Assembly: GCA_964354805.1 (NCBI GenBank)
Contig: CAYHBD010000028.1
Coordinates: 28,246-92,245, forward strand
Direction of reading: 5' to 3'
From: an uncultured archaeon
GTDB taxonomy: Archaea; Iainarchaeota; Iainarchaeia; Iainarchaeales; GCA-2688035
Length of the DNA: 64,000 nucleotides
The notes beneath the pieces were generated by a model, which saw only the letters and a program-made list of their open reading frames with translations, ran no database searches and had not been told where the DNA came from. Position 1 is the stretch's first letter. Every line of letters begins with the position of its first letter. Of the stretch, positions 46,718 to 56,325 are shown piece by piece. The position numbers were made by a program, and so were the translations under genes.

Positions 46718-49017
46718 ACCCTGTGCACGAATATGAATCCATTGCTGTAAATTTTGTCCAACTGGTCGAATTCAATTATTCCGTAATCTGTTTTTCCGCC
46801 AATCGCTTGCGTGTGAATGTAGTCAACCTGGTTTACTGTGTATGTTATGCCGTATTTTTTCAGAATGCCGTAATCCTTTGTTTCAAGGAAGCTGTAGGCA
46901 TCTGCAAGCTTTTCTGCATCAGCGTATTCAACCCGCAGATCAGCCAAAACAGCCCTGTCAGCAACAGAAACAACATTGTGCCCGAACATAGGATCGGACA
47001 GAATGCTTGCTTTGGTGCTTGTGTGCTGGGCAAGGAAAGCCATCGGTGTTGTAACAACCTCGTGCACGTTGAGGAAGCTCATTCCATACAAAAGGAAGCC
47101 GAAGCCTACAAGCAAAAGGATTGACAGCATCCTCACACTAATGTTGTCCCGCAGCTTTTTCTCCGGGAACATCACTGCAACCAGCAATGCAAGCGTTGTT
47201 GTTGTGAGAATGTTCCACCTGTAAATGATTGTCAATTGGATTATTGTTCCCAAAGCAAAGCCGGCAAAAAGCTTTTTCGAGTAACTGTCCCTGCCTGCAT
47301 TGCCCTTAAAGAAATCAACCGAGCTGAAGAAAACAAAGAATACAAGGATTGCGGTCAGGTCAATGAACCAATAGTAAAAATTGTATGTTATAAGATAGCC
47401 CCATTCTTCGGCGTTTGCCTGCCTTGGCATGCCATAAAGCAAAAGGGATGGTGCGAAAAGCAAGGCAGTAAAGACTGCCGCAAAAATTATGGCTGCAACC
47501 AATTGCCTCCACTTGATTTTTTTTGCAATAATTATATAAAAGAGCGGGAAAAATGCAAGCAAAGGCGACTGGATGAAAGCCATTACGGCAAGCAACAGCC
47601 CTGCCACAGCAGGCTTGTTGTGCCTTATCAGGAAAGCAAGGGACAAAAGGAAGAAGGCAAAGGCAAGCGCATGCCTGGGCGAATAGCTCATAGCGCTGAG
47701 CAGGAAACCGCTCATTGCAGCGAACAACGAAAAAAGCGCTGTTTTCAAATCGCTTAATTCAAGCGCTTTCCCCAGATAGAATAATGCAAAGAAAAGGAAG
47801 GCATTGCTTAATACAAGCATTAAAGCAAAAAGCGCTGTCCCGCTTGTGCCGCTCACCCATGCAATGCCTGCTTCAAGAATGAAATAGCCGGGGGAGAAAC
47901 TGTATGTTCTGCCCAGGTAGCTGAGCTCATCCCATGTCGGTATTGAATTGCTTTCAACAATCATTGCGCTCTGCCTTTCATAGAACTGGTTCCAGTAAGT
48001 GATCTCGGTGAAAGAGAAAAAATGGAAGAAAACAGGCACTATGAAAAACAAGCAGAGTGAAATGGCAAGTATCGGCAAAGCATTTGTAATCTTTATTGTT
48101 GCAGTTGTTTGCTTGAAATTTTTTCTAAAGAAAAATGCCGTAAAGAGGATGATTGCAGTAAAGCATCCGACAACAGAATAAAAGGAGAGCATGCCTAGGT
48201 AATTCAAAGTGAAAACAAGCGTTATCAGAATAGTAAAGCTCAATGCAATGCTTAATGCAATTTTCTCAATAGTATCATAGTTTGAAAAAACAAAGCAGCT
48301 GAAAACAAAGAACGAAAGCAGCAGCAATGCCAATCCAATCGGAAAAGGCAGCGAGGGAGCAGGCTGCTTTTCAAACTCAGTTTCAATTGTTTTCCCGGCA
48401 AAAGAAATAACTATTTTGTTCAGCCCGTTTTGCATTTTGATTTTTTCGTCAAAAAGCTGGCTTTCGCTCTCTGGGTAAACAGCATGGTCAAATGCGCCGT
48501 TGACATACAATTCAATCGGCTTGTAGAAAGCAGTGCCAAAATTTTTTACGCTGAATCGGATTCTGTCTTTGCTCGCGGAAATGATAGCAATTGTTGTTTC
48601 AGGCTGAGCCGGCTTTGGCGCATCAATCTTCTGCAGATGGAAGAACAGATTGTTGCCTTTTGCAAGCACATCGATTTTGTTATCGCCGCTGCGCAATTGC
48701 CCTGAATCAAAACACGCTGTTTTAATGAAATCCTTTTCATTGGCTAAAAAAGAGTCAAAAAACAATGCCGAGCTGCCGCTGAAAACCCTCAGCGTTATTG
48801 TTTCAGCCGCAATGTTTTTCGGAACAAGAAAATGCAGTTTAACGCAGGCCTGCTCATTGCCGTAAATCCTCTGCGGAAATTCCTGCAAAAAAACACTGGT
48901 GCTTGAAAATACCACAATAGGCGAAACATGCCAGAAATGAATTACAGCAATTGCAGCAATAAACAAAAAGAACATTGCAGCAAAAGCAGCAAACTCCAAC
49001 TGAAAACGCCCTGCCAT
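46687..49017 (-). CDS. Large polytopic membrane protein, probable GT-C-type glycosyltransferase
   Basis: Extracellular N-terminal domain, many TM segments, DELSYLGR.Y..SPG loop, soluble C-terminal domain; lies in a glycosylation/S-layer cluster. Confidence 0.65.
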   Translation of the reverse strand: MAGRFQLEFAAFAAMFFLFIAAIAVIHFWHVSPIVVFSSTSVFLQEFPQRIYGNEQACVKLHFLVPKNIAAETITLRVFSGSSALFFDSFLANEKDFIKTACFDSGQLRSGDNKIDVLAKGNNLFFHLQKIDAPKPAQPETTIAIISASKDRIRFSVKNFGTAFYKPIELYVNGAFDHAVYPESESQLFDEKIKMQNGLNKIVISFAGKTIETEFEKQPAPSLPFPIGLALLLLSFFVFSCFVFSNYDTIEKIALSIALSFTILITLVFTLNYLGMLSFYSVVGCFTAIILFTAFFFRKNFKQTTATIKITNALPILAISLCLFFIVPVFFHFFSFTEITYWNQFYERQSAMIVESNSIPTWDELSYLGRTYSFSPGYFILEAGIAWVSGTSGTALFALMLVLSNAFLFFALFYLGKALELSDLKTALFSLFAAMSGFLLSAMSYSPRHALAFAFFLLSLAFLIRHNKPAVAGLLLAVMAFIQSPLLAFFPLFYIIIAKKIKWRQLVAAIIFAAVFTALLFAPSLLLYGMPRQANAEEWGYLITYNFYYWFIDLTAILVFFVFFSSVDFFKGNAGRDSYSKKLFAGFALGTIIQLTIIYRWNILTTTTLALLVAVMFPEKKLRDNISVRMLSILLLVGFGFLLYGMSFLNVHEVVTTPMAFLAQHTSTKASILSDPMFGHNVVSVADRAVLADLRVEYADAEKLADAYSFLETKDYGILKKYGITYTVNQVDYIHTQAIGGKTDYGIIEFDQLDKIYSNGFIFVHRVRRDVLGKTQ

Positions 49018-49297
49018 AAAAACCCCAGTTTTACAAAGAACACAAAATCAACAAAGCTTTAAAAAATTAACAAAAAAACCATATTTTAAATTTAATCAAA
49101 AAACCAAAAGTTAAACCCCTTCCAAGGCTGGAGGGAAGAGCCAATAAGGCAAAATCACCATATATATTATATAATAGGGGCACAAAAAGCGAAGTGCAAG
49201 CCGAAAAAATGCAAAAAACCCAGTCCCAATGCAAAAATATGCAATACCCTGGTTCTTTTGCGCAGTTTAAGAAAAAACCGTCCCATTCCTTCTGCTC

Positions 49298-49336
49298 CCG
49301 CTGTGTGCCCAATTTCACCCTCACCGCACACAGCGG
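49298..49336. other. GC-rich 11-bp inverted repeat
   Basis: CCGCTGTGTGC-N17-GCACACAGCGG, 13 nt past the stop of the 49350 gene. Confidence 0.6.
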
Positions 49337-49349
49337 TCTAGGCCACTGC

Positions 49350-50000
49350 TCAGCCTTTGTTTGCGTCAGTTCCATTTGGCGCTGTGCCCTGATTCATTCT
49401 TCCAACAATAAGGTTGCTTGCATTAATAATATCCCCGGCATTCGTATACATAATTCTTAGTGCAAGGAAGCAGGTGCTGCCAATGTCCTCGTAACTTCGC
49501 GGCTTTATGGTTATCTTTTTTCCATCCAATTCAATTATGGGCTGCCATTGGCTGTTGTCGGGAAACTGGATCAAAACAACTGTTTTTCCCTCACTACCCA
49601 GCAAATCATTGCATTCCTGCACATCAATTCTTTCTCCTCGTGTTTCAACCCCATAATTTGTGAAACAATAAATCATTTCATTTTGAGGATTAAATACCCT
49701 GACAATTTGCATAACTTCTTTTTTATTTCCTTTCAAAACCACGATAAACAAGTTTGACCCATTAACCATATACTGCTCAAGCGAACCAATAGACTCGTGT
49801 GATTGGGGGCTGACGATAAAAGAACTGCTTTCACCAAGCAAAGCAAAAGTCTTTTCAGGGGCAACACTTTTACTTGTTATTAGAACCCCTTCAACCCTAA
49901 CATTGTTCAAATTACTGTTATAAAAGAAAGCAGCCAAGGCTACAGCAACGATTGCAAAAACAATCAAGAAGATATAAACTCTTGCCATTTTTTTCGCCAT
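49350..50000 (-). CDS. Hypothetical membrane-anchored exported protein
   Basis: N-terminal TM segment followed by a soluble domain. Confidence 0.8.
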   Translation of the reverse strand: MAKKMARVYIFLIVFAIVAVALAAFFYNSNLNNVRVEGVLITSKSVAPEKTFALLGESSSFIVSPQSHESIGSLEQYMVNGSNLFIVVLKGNKKEVMQIVRVFNPQNEMIYCFTNYGVETRGERIDVQECNDLLGSEGKTVVLIQFPDNSQWQPIIELDGKKITIKPRSYEDIGSTCFLALRIMYTNAGDIINASNLIVGRMNQGTAPNGTDANKG

Positions 50001-50160
50001 TAATCAAGAAAGGGAAGCAAAAAAAATAAAAAGCTAAGGAAATGCTAATGCCGTTTTCGGCCCCAAAAATCAGAAAAGGCAATCCTGATTCGCAATAAAA
50101 ATCCAAAAGCGACTTTAACTTATACATAACTATATTTCTGCCTACTGTTTAAGCGCACTG

Positions 50161-50204
50161 TAAAAATAAAAAAGAAAAAGGAAAAAAAAGGGGTTTTAAA
50201 CCCC
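50161..50204 (-). terminator. S-layer gene terminator
   Basis: GGGGTTT/AAACCCC hairpin followed on the minus strand by about 29 nt of T-rich tract. Confidence 0.7.
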
Positions 50205-50213
50205 AAAATTTTT

Positions 50214-53204
50214 TTACGCTATCAAGTCGTCCAAGGCGTCAATCAGCTCTATTGCCGCAGTCTCTGTGTCAGCTGCTGTATAACCGGCAACAACAATGTC
50301 GCCGCTACTCAGCAACTCAACAACCGTATCGCCACTGCCTATCAAAGCTTCCTGCAAGGTTGAACCATCACCAAGGGTAACGTCTTCAGCCAACTTGTTT
50401 ACCAAGTAGCCTCCGACAATGATGTGGTTTCCAGCTGGCTCAGGCGAATCCGGATAGACCAGTTCCCTTCCAACTGACACAACCTTAGCGGCAGTTGTAT
50501 CGGCAATAGTGCAGCTTCCAGCAGTTGCATTGATTTTGTCAACTGTTATCTTAGTTGAGCCGAATGTCACTGTCTCTTTCTCCTTAACACCTGGCTTGGC
50601 ATCTCCGCCACTGACTGTCTGCGTAGCGCCTTTTCCCAATGCAGTCAAACTCAGGTTAATCTGAGTCTGCGGAATCACAATGGTAACTGTCTTCTTATCG
50701 TCAGTTATTTGGACAGTTGTACCATAGTCAATCCACAATGCATCATAGTACTGCGCTGCATCTGTTCTGACATTCAACAAACGATCCATTGACGTAACAG
50801 CGGGCGCTGGGAAGTTGACATCATGCAGATAGAAACTAAGCTGGTCATTTGGATATGTAACCAGGTTGCCTGTTGCAGTGTCAATGTAAGAGATTACATT
50901 GGCATCGCTTGTATTCGCGTCAACCTTGAACACAGCCACGATGTAGTCATTGTCACCTGTTGAGTTAGCGGTTCCTGCAAAGGTACTGAACTCAGGCGCA
51001 TCAGGCCAATAATATGGCCTATAGTTCGTGTACTCACTTGGAGTGAAGTCCGCAACTCCGGCCTCACCAACATCCGTTCCCCAGAAGCTAGGCCCTTTGA
51101 AGCTAGTGAACTCGCTTGAAAAGTCAGTGAGGTTATCCAACAACAGGTATGCCCTGATGTTTGATGCGATATACATCCTGTACTTGTATGTGTCCTGCAT
51201 TGTGCTGTTGGTCACGTAGAGTGGAATATCCAATGGAGTTCTGCTTGCGTTGTCGTCATCGTAGTAAACTGTCTTTGTTGTGACAGCAGCCGCGGTTTCA
51301 CTTGCGCTTGTTGCGGTATAGTTTTCTGCTCCGCCAAGCTGTAGGTATTCTGGGTTTGAGAATGATGTTCTGCTGAATTGGCAGTTTCCGTCAACTGATA
51401 GGTTTATTGCGTTTTCGTCTGTGCCAACAACCATTGCTGCTACGACTTGCACTCCGTTTAGGTCAATTGTTGTTGTGTTTGTGTCACCACCAACCGACCT
51501 ACAACCAACGTCTGTTCGTACAGCGTTTACATCCACAGAACAGACTCCTGCGCCGACAGTATTGAGGCTGACTCTTTCTCCATTGAAATAGTTGCCGTCG
51601 TTGATTCTTAATGTGGTCCCGTTAGTGGCAGCTGCTGCCTTACAAAGGTAGTAGAATGTTTGGCCGCTTATGCTGAATGTGTCCTCGGTGCCGAATGTTG
51701 CCAACTTGATGTAGAACGGAACAGTCCTACTTCTCCTTGCTGCATCAACGTATGCTATTTCATTGTTTCCAATCTTTATTGTCGATTGAGCCTGGTCCAC
51801 TTTGAAACCGTCGAACTTCAATTGAACAAAGTCATAGCCAAGAGTCCCTTCCTTCGTTCCCTGCAGGAAATGAGCATAGTTACCGCCTGCTGCGGCAGCA
51901 TCTTTACCCGCCTGAGTGAGCGAATCGTCAGTACTCCACAATGGCTTGGTTGTTGTTGAAGGCCTGTCCCATACAGTTACAGCGTTTTTGATTGTTATCT
52001 TGTTCAATGTTGTAACAGCCGGGCTAGTGTTTGCAGTGGTGTTGAAATCAAGAGCGCTCTTCCAGTAGTCGTTCTTAGGGTCAACATCGGTTGAATCATA
52101 CGGATATGTTTTCTCCGCAGCCAAGGTTACAACGTCTTTTCCAACAATGACAGTGATTGCTGCCTTGCTCGTTGTCTCGGCATACCTAATTGTTGAAACA
52201 TAAACAACAGTGTCCAACACAAAGTTTCCGCTGCTGTCAACAAATGTTTCATTCAGGTAAGTTCCCTCTGCCACTGGGTCCGGAGCATGAACCAGATTGC
52301 CGTTTGAATCATATATGGCAAAGCTGCCGCTGTATGCACCAGTTCCGCTTTGTTTAGTCAATGCCCCTACTTTGATTGACATCTCTTCGCCAGTGTATTT
52401 GCCTCTTCCGCTCAAACCGCTTATTGTGTCCCCTTCAGTATAGCTTGTTTTAGCTGATTCTTTGATCAACTTAATCTGTTTTGTCGCGGAAAAAGGGTCA
52501 CACTCTTGAACAGTGTATTCTCCGCCGAGGAAAGGGATTGTCACGCTGTCATTCTCTCCGTCAGTGAACTTCGTTGCAGCTGAACTAGTGGCATCCCAGC
52601 AAGGGATTCCTGTTCCCAGGTCAAGGACATAGTTAAAGTCACCGGTGTCTTTCATATAGACAACCAGGTCTTTAACATCCTGATCTTTGTCAAACTTTGC
52701 ATCTGCCTCTATTCCGATAGTTTCTTTAACCACTATTTCATAGGTTGAGGCATTATACCTATAGCTCTTTGTCGTATTTGTCAAGAACTGCAATTGCCCT
52801 GAACCAAGAGACTTCCTGAACTCCACTGCATCAGCAAAGCTATTCATCTTATAGTCAGTGCCATAATAGGTGTAGCTGTATTCTGTGGTATATGTTACTT
52901 CACCGCCGCTTGCCAAATCGACGCTTAAATTAGTTGGTACCGCTGTTCCAGTGCCGCCCGAAACAGGCTCTTCCACTGTTGCCAGCTGAGCAACCTTTGC
53001 AGCAATATTTCCTGCCCAAACAAAGTCGCTTACAGCCGCGCCCTGCGTGCCAACCACAACATTGACAATCGGTTTACCAGTTTCGGTATTAACAATCTTC
53101 GACTTGTCCAATGTTATAGCCGCTGCTAATGGCGCTAAGGCTGAACCAACTAAAGCACCGCCGACTGCTATTGCGGCTAGCTTTCTTACGTTCAAACCTT
53201 TCAT
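50214..53204 (-). CDS. S-layer protein (S_layer_N/S_layer_C type)
   Basis: Signal MKGLNVRKLAAIAVGGAL; VVVG..AAVSD.V.A..IAA; C-terminal IIVGG..VNKL...IVVAGYTAADT; Thr/Ser/Asp-rich with many NxT/S sequons; SD GAGGTG. Confidence 0.9.
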   Translation of the reverse strand: MKGLNVRKLAAIAVGGALVGSALAPLAAAITLDKSKIVNTETGKPIVNVVVGTQGAAVSDFVWAGNIAAKVAQLATVEEPVSGGTGTAVPTNLSVDLASGGEVTYTTEYSYTYYGTDYKMNSFADAVEFRKSLGSGQLQFLTNTTKSYRYNASTYEIVVKETIGIEADAKFDKDQDVKDLVVYMKDTGDFNYVLDLGTGIPCWDATSSAATKFTDGENDSVTIPFLGGEYTVQECDPFSATKQIKLIKESAKTSYTEGDTISGLSGRGKYTGEEMSIKVGALTKQSGTGAYSGSFAIYDSNGNLVHAPDPVAEGTYLNETFVDSSGNFVLDTVVYVSTIRYAETTSKAAITVIVGKDVVTLAAEKTYPYDSTDVDPKNDYWKSALDFNTTANTSPAVTTLNKITIKNAVTVWDRPSTTTKPLWSTDDSLTQAGKDAAAAGGNYAHFLQGTKEGTLGYDFVQLKFDGFKVDQAQSTIKIGNNEIAYVDAARRSRTVPFYIKLATFGTEDTFSISGQTFYYLCKAAAATNGTTLRINDGNYFNGERVSLNTVGAGVCSVDVNAVRTDVGCRSVGGDTNTTTIDLNGVQVVAAMVVGTDENAINLSVDGNCQFSRTSFSNPEYLQLGGAENYTATSASETAAAVTTKTVYYDDDNASRTPLDIPLYVTNSTMQDTYKYRMYIASNIRAYLLLDNLTDFSSEFTSFKGPSFWGTDVGEAGVADFTPSEYTNYRPYYWPDAPEFSTFAGTANSTGDNDYIVAVFKVDANTSDANVISYIDTATGNLVTYPNDQLSFYLHDVNFPAPAVTSMDRLLNVRTDAAQYYDALWIDYGTTVQITDDKKTVTIVIPQTQINLSLTALGKGATQTVSGGDAKPGVKEKETVTFGSTKITVDKINATAGSCTIADTTAAKVVSVGRELVYPDSPEPAGNHIIVGGYLVNKLAEDVTLGDGSTLQEALIGSGDTVVELLSSGDIVVAGYTAADTETAAIELIDALDDLIA

Positions 53205-53255
53205 GTTTTGTTTCACCTCACAATTTTCAACTTATAGGTTTATTCACAAAAAATA

Positions 53256-53350
53256 AGTCTAGTCTTATGCCTCACACACGTGAATAAATATGTGAAGGCA
53301 TATTCTAGCTAGCTAGACTCAGTATGCTAATTGCACAAGCCTATTTAAAT
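53256..53350 (-). promoter_or_regulatory. S-layer promoter and structured 5' UTR
   Basis: TTTAAATA box near 53342-53349; long hairpin 53256-53319 (AGTCTAG/CTAGACT and TATGCC-TCACA/TGTGA-A-GGCATA). Confidence 0.65.
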
Positions 53351-53469
53351 AACTATCCTTTAAAAGGAGGCTAAAAAAAGGTTTTTAAGGCAAACAAGGG
53401 CGCTTTTTCTGCTTTTGTTGAATGCACGCAAGGCAATTGACGAATATGTTTGTATCTTTTGGTTGGTCT

Positions 53470-53584
53470 TTGTCCCAATACCCTTATTTGTACAGGCAAG
53501 GGCAGAGTTTCTCTTGCCCCAACAACCCCCTTTGCACAGGCCAGAGCAGGGTTTCTCTTGCCCCAATACCCTCATTTGTACAGG
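53470..53584 (-). repeat. 2.6 copies of a 44-bp tandem repeat starting in the last codons of the upstream gene
   Basis: Units at 53470, 53514 and 53558; first and third are 25/27 identical. Confidence 0.9.
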
Positions 53585-54207
53585 TCTTGGTGGAATTTTT
53601 CCAGCTCTTGCTTGTTTAGCAGCCTTTGGATGTAGTTGCTGTATTTTTGGGCCATTTCGGCTATTTCAATTAAGCCATCCTGCAAATCCCTGGCAGGGAA
53701 CTCTATTTTTGGCGGCTTTACCACTTCCACGCTGCTTGGCCCGAAAAAGAACATAAAGCGTACAAGTGAAGCAAAATCTTTGACGCTGAAGTTCAATTCA
53801 AGGTATGTGCTATAATATTCAGCAGTTTTTTCAATTGGCGCCTTTTCAAGGCTATAAACAGTGAAATTTTTGTCGCTTTTTATTACTTCCTCCAGTTTCT
53901 TTGCCTGTTTTTCCAGCAACCCTTGCTCTATTGCCTGCATTTCAATAAAAGCCCTGATTCTAAGCTTGTTGGGGTCTGTTTCAGCAATCTGCTTTCTTTT
54001 GACAATTTCCTCATATATTTTCTTCTTTAATTTATATTTCGTCGGATAGCCGTCTTTTTCAATTACGCCTACCTGCAGCATGCTCCTTATCTCATCCATC
54101 ATTTTGTTGAAAGGGAGATTCAGCTGTTTGGTTAAATCTTCAACTGTCCTGGGGCCATGCATTAAAACCATGGCAATCATTTTCTGCTCTTCACTGAACT
54201 GGGTCAT
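53572..54207 (-). CDS. Conserved archaeal hypothetical protein with N-terminal wHTH-like domain
   Basis: HGP.TVE.L...L.L helix pattern; FFGPSSVEV..P motif. Confidence 0.75.
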   Translation of the reverse strand: MTQFSEEQKMIAMVLMHGPRTVEDLTKQLNLPFNKMMDEIRSMLQVGVIEKDGYPTKYKLKKKIYEEIVKRKQIAETDPNKLRIRAFIEMQAIEQGLLEKQAKKLEEVIKSDKNFTVYSLEKAPIEKTAEYYSTYLELNFSVKDFASLVRFMFFFGPSSVEVVKPPKIEFPARDLQDGLIEIAEMAQKYSNYIQRLLNKQELEKFHQDLYK

Positions 54208-54317
54208 ATTAAAAAGGACTAATTGAAAAAATTTTTAAACCCGCCTAAAAGGCGATTTTTGCTGAAAAACCAAAAAACAACGGGTTAAAATTTTTTTTGG
54301 CATTTAATTTGATAGCT

Positions 54318-54665
54318 ATGACAGCGCTCCCATTGCTCGCAATCGACTTGCCCACTGAGGCATTGCAAGGCTTAGGGGAACAAGCTGGAAACACTGCTGG
54401 AAAGGCTGCTGAAACAGCAATGCAGTTCGCAGGCAACCCGGCAGTTCTATTGGGCGGCATTGGCTTAGTGGTTGCTGCAGTGCTGATTTTCCTTTTCCTG
54501 AAAAAAATAGTTGTAAACACAATTTTGGGCGTAATAGGCTGGGCAATAGTTTTATTTGTCCTAAAAATTGAACTGCCCCTTCTCCCATCGCTTGCGGTAA
54601 GCGTAATATTCGGGCTTGCCGGAATAGGGGTAATGTTGGTGCTGCGGTTCTTTGGAATGATTTAG
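54318..54665 (+). CDS. BofA-like small membrane protein
   Basis: KKIVVNTILG...IFGLAGIG pattern, three TM segments. Confidence 0.65.
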   Translation: MTALPLLAIDLPTEALQGLGEQAGNTAGKAAETAMQFAGNPAVLLGGIGLVVAAVLIFLFLKKIVVNTILGVIGWAIVLFVLKIELPLLPSLAVSVIFGLAGIGVMLVLRFFGMI

Positions 54666-54669
54666 GAGA

Positions 54670-55698
54670 TTAAACAATTATCCCGCTCTTCGCCCCGCAC
54701 TTTTTGCACTTCCCGCTTTTATCCAATCCAACTGCTTCGCCTGCCAGGCCAAAGCGCCTTACAAGAACAGCGCCGCACTTTGGGCAAAAAGTGTTTTCCT
54801 CCGCAGCAACATTTCCAACATAAACATACTTCAAGCCTGCTTTCAATGCAATCTCTTTTGCCCTGTGCAGCTTTCCTTCATCAGTTGGAGGCAGGTGCTG
54901 CATTTTGTGCTGGGGCCAGAAGCGCGTGAAATGCAACGGCATTTCCTTGTCGATTGATGCAATGAATTCACTCACACCCTTGAAATCCTTTTCATTGTCA
55001 TTATAGCCAGGCACCACAAGGTTTGTTATTTCCTGGTGCACTTTCTTTTTATGCAGCAATTCAATGTTTTCTTTGATGAATTCAATTTTCACGTTGCCGC
55101 ACACTTCTTTGTAAAAACGCTCGTTTCCCTTCAAATCCACATTAATTGCATCCAGGAAAGGCGCGATTGCATCAATGCACTCTTTGCTCATGTAGCCGTT
55201 GCTAACCCAAACATTGTACAAGCCCTTCTTCTTCGCAATCTTCATTGTGTCAAGCGCGAATTCCGCAAAGATGCTTGGTTCTGTGTAAGTGCAAGCAATG
55301 CCCTCAACATTTGAGGCAAGCGCGTTCTCCACTATTTCCTCTGGCGAAATGAAAGGAACGCGCGCAATTGCCTCTTCGCTTCTCTCTTGTGAAATCTGCC
55401 AGTTCTGGCAGTGAAGGCAAAACAAGTTGCACCCGTAGGTTGAGATGCCCATGCACTGCGAGCCTGGCTTGAAGTGGAAAAGAGGCTTTTTTTCAATCGG
55501 ATCAATGCTCATTGTCAGCGTTCTTCCATAAACAAGGCTGTACAATTTGCCTCCAATGTTTTTCCTGACACCGCATTGTCCCCTGCCGCCTTCCTGAATC
55601 AGGCAGTTTCGCCTGCACAGATTGCACTGGACAGCCTTGTCCTTCAGCTTCTTGTAAAAAGAAGCCTCTTGCAGCTCTCTTCCGCCAAATTCGGGCAT
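54670..55698 (-). CDS. AmmeMemoRadiSam-type radical SAM enzyme (PFL-activating-like)
   Basis: CNLC..NC, DPIEKKPLFHF.PG, CxxxCxxC-QNWQISQ, TYTEP, YVGN...CPKCG. Confidence 0.92.
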   Translation of the reverse strand: MPEFGGRELQEASFYKKLKDKAVQCNLCRRNCLIQEGGRGQCGVRKNIGGKLYSLVYGRTLTMSIDPIEKKPLFHFKPGSQCMGISTYGCNLFCLHCQNWQISQERSEEAIARVPFISPEEIVENALASNVEGIACTYTEPSIFAEFALDTMKIAKKKGLYNVWVSNGYMSKECIDAIAPFLDAINVDLKGNERFYKEVCGNVKIEFIKENIELLHKKKVHQEITNLVVPGYNDNEKDFKGVSEFIASIDKEMPLHFTRFWPQHKMQHLPPTDEGKLHRAKEIALKAGLKYVYVGNVAAEENTFCPKCGAVLVRRFGLAGEAVGLDKSGKCKKCGAKSGIIV

Positions 55699-55761
55699 AT
55701 TAAATTATTTTCTTTAATAAAATAGATAATAATATTGTATGCACGCAAAGGAGTAATTCGC

Positions 55762-56325
55762 ATGAGAAAAAGGATTTGGAAAAAAGAGGGCAGCCCTGCT
55801 TGGAGAAAAGCGCTTGAAAAAAGCGCGAGCAGGATGGCCCGTAGCCTGATGAGAATGGCCGATGCTGATGAAGAAAGGATAAAGTTTGCCCTTGCACGCT
55901 ATATGAAAAACAAGCCAAAAGAGCGAAGAGGTGAAATCCGTGAAATGATTATAAAAGCCCACTCAAGAAGGTGGGAAATGTACAAAGATTTTGAGGGAGA
56001 GATTAAGCATCTGGAGGGGCAGTGGCAGGCAATGTGCGAAGGCAGCATCAAAAGATTTATAGATAAGGGAGCAGAGGCAATGGCAGCGCGGACAAAAGTC
56101 CCCCCTGCGGAAGTTAAGAAACTGATGAACGGATTTGAAACAATGAATAACAGCATGCAACTTGCCCTGAAAAAGCTGGCAATCATGCGCAAAATGGCTC
56201 CGAAAGGAAAAGACCCTTGGTTTAAAGAAACAGAAAAAACTGTTAGGGAACGGATTGCTTCATCTGCAGACTTGGTTTCCCTGTTAAAGCAAGAGCTCAG
56301 AAATAGGGGCGAGGAAGTTGACTGA
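55762..56325 (+). CDS. Hypothetical basic, Met-rich helical orphan protein
   Basis: ATG 55762 behind AGGAG (ORF open from 55735); overlaps the next gene. Confidence 0.7.
   Translation: MRKRIWKKEGSPAWRKALEKSASRMARSLMRMADADEERIKFALARYMKNKPKERRGEIREMIIKAHSRRWEMYKDFEGEIKHLEGQWQAMCEGSIKRFIDKGAEAMAARTKVPPAEVKKLMNGFETMNNSMQLALKKLAIMRKMAPKGKDPWFKETEKTVRERIASSADLVSLLKQELRNRGEEVD

Noticed and set aside
49018-49349. SRP RNA or RNase P RNA
   Set aside because: Conserved SRP helix-8 and RNase P P4 motifs were not found on either strand.
53470-53584. 44-bp periodic repeat as a CRISPR array
   Set aside because: The intervening segments are themselves near-identical, there are under three units, the repeat overlaps a CDS, and no cas genes are present.
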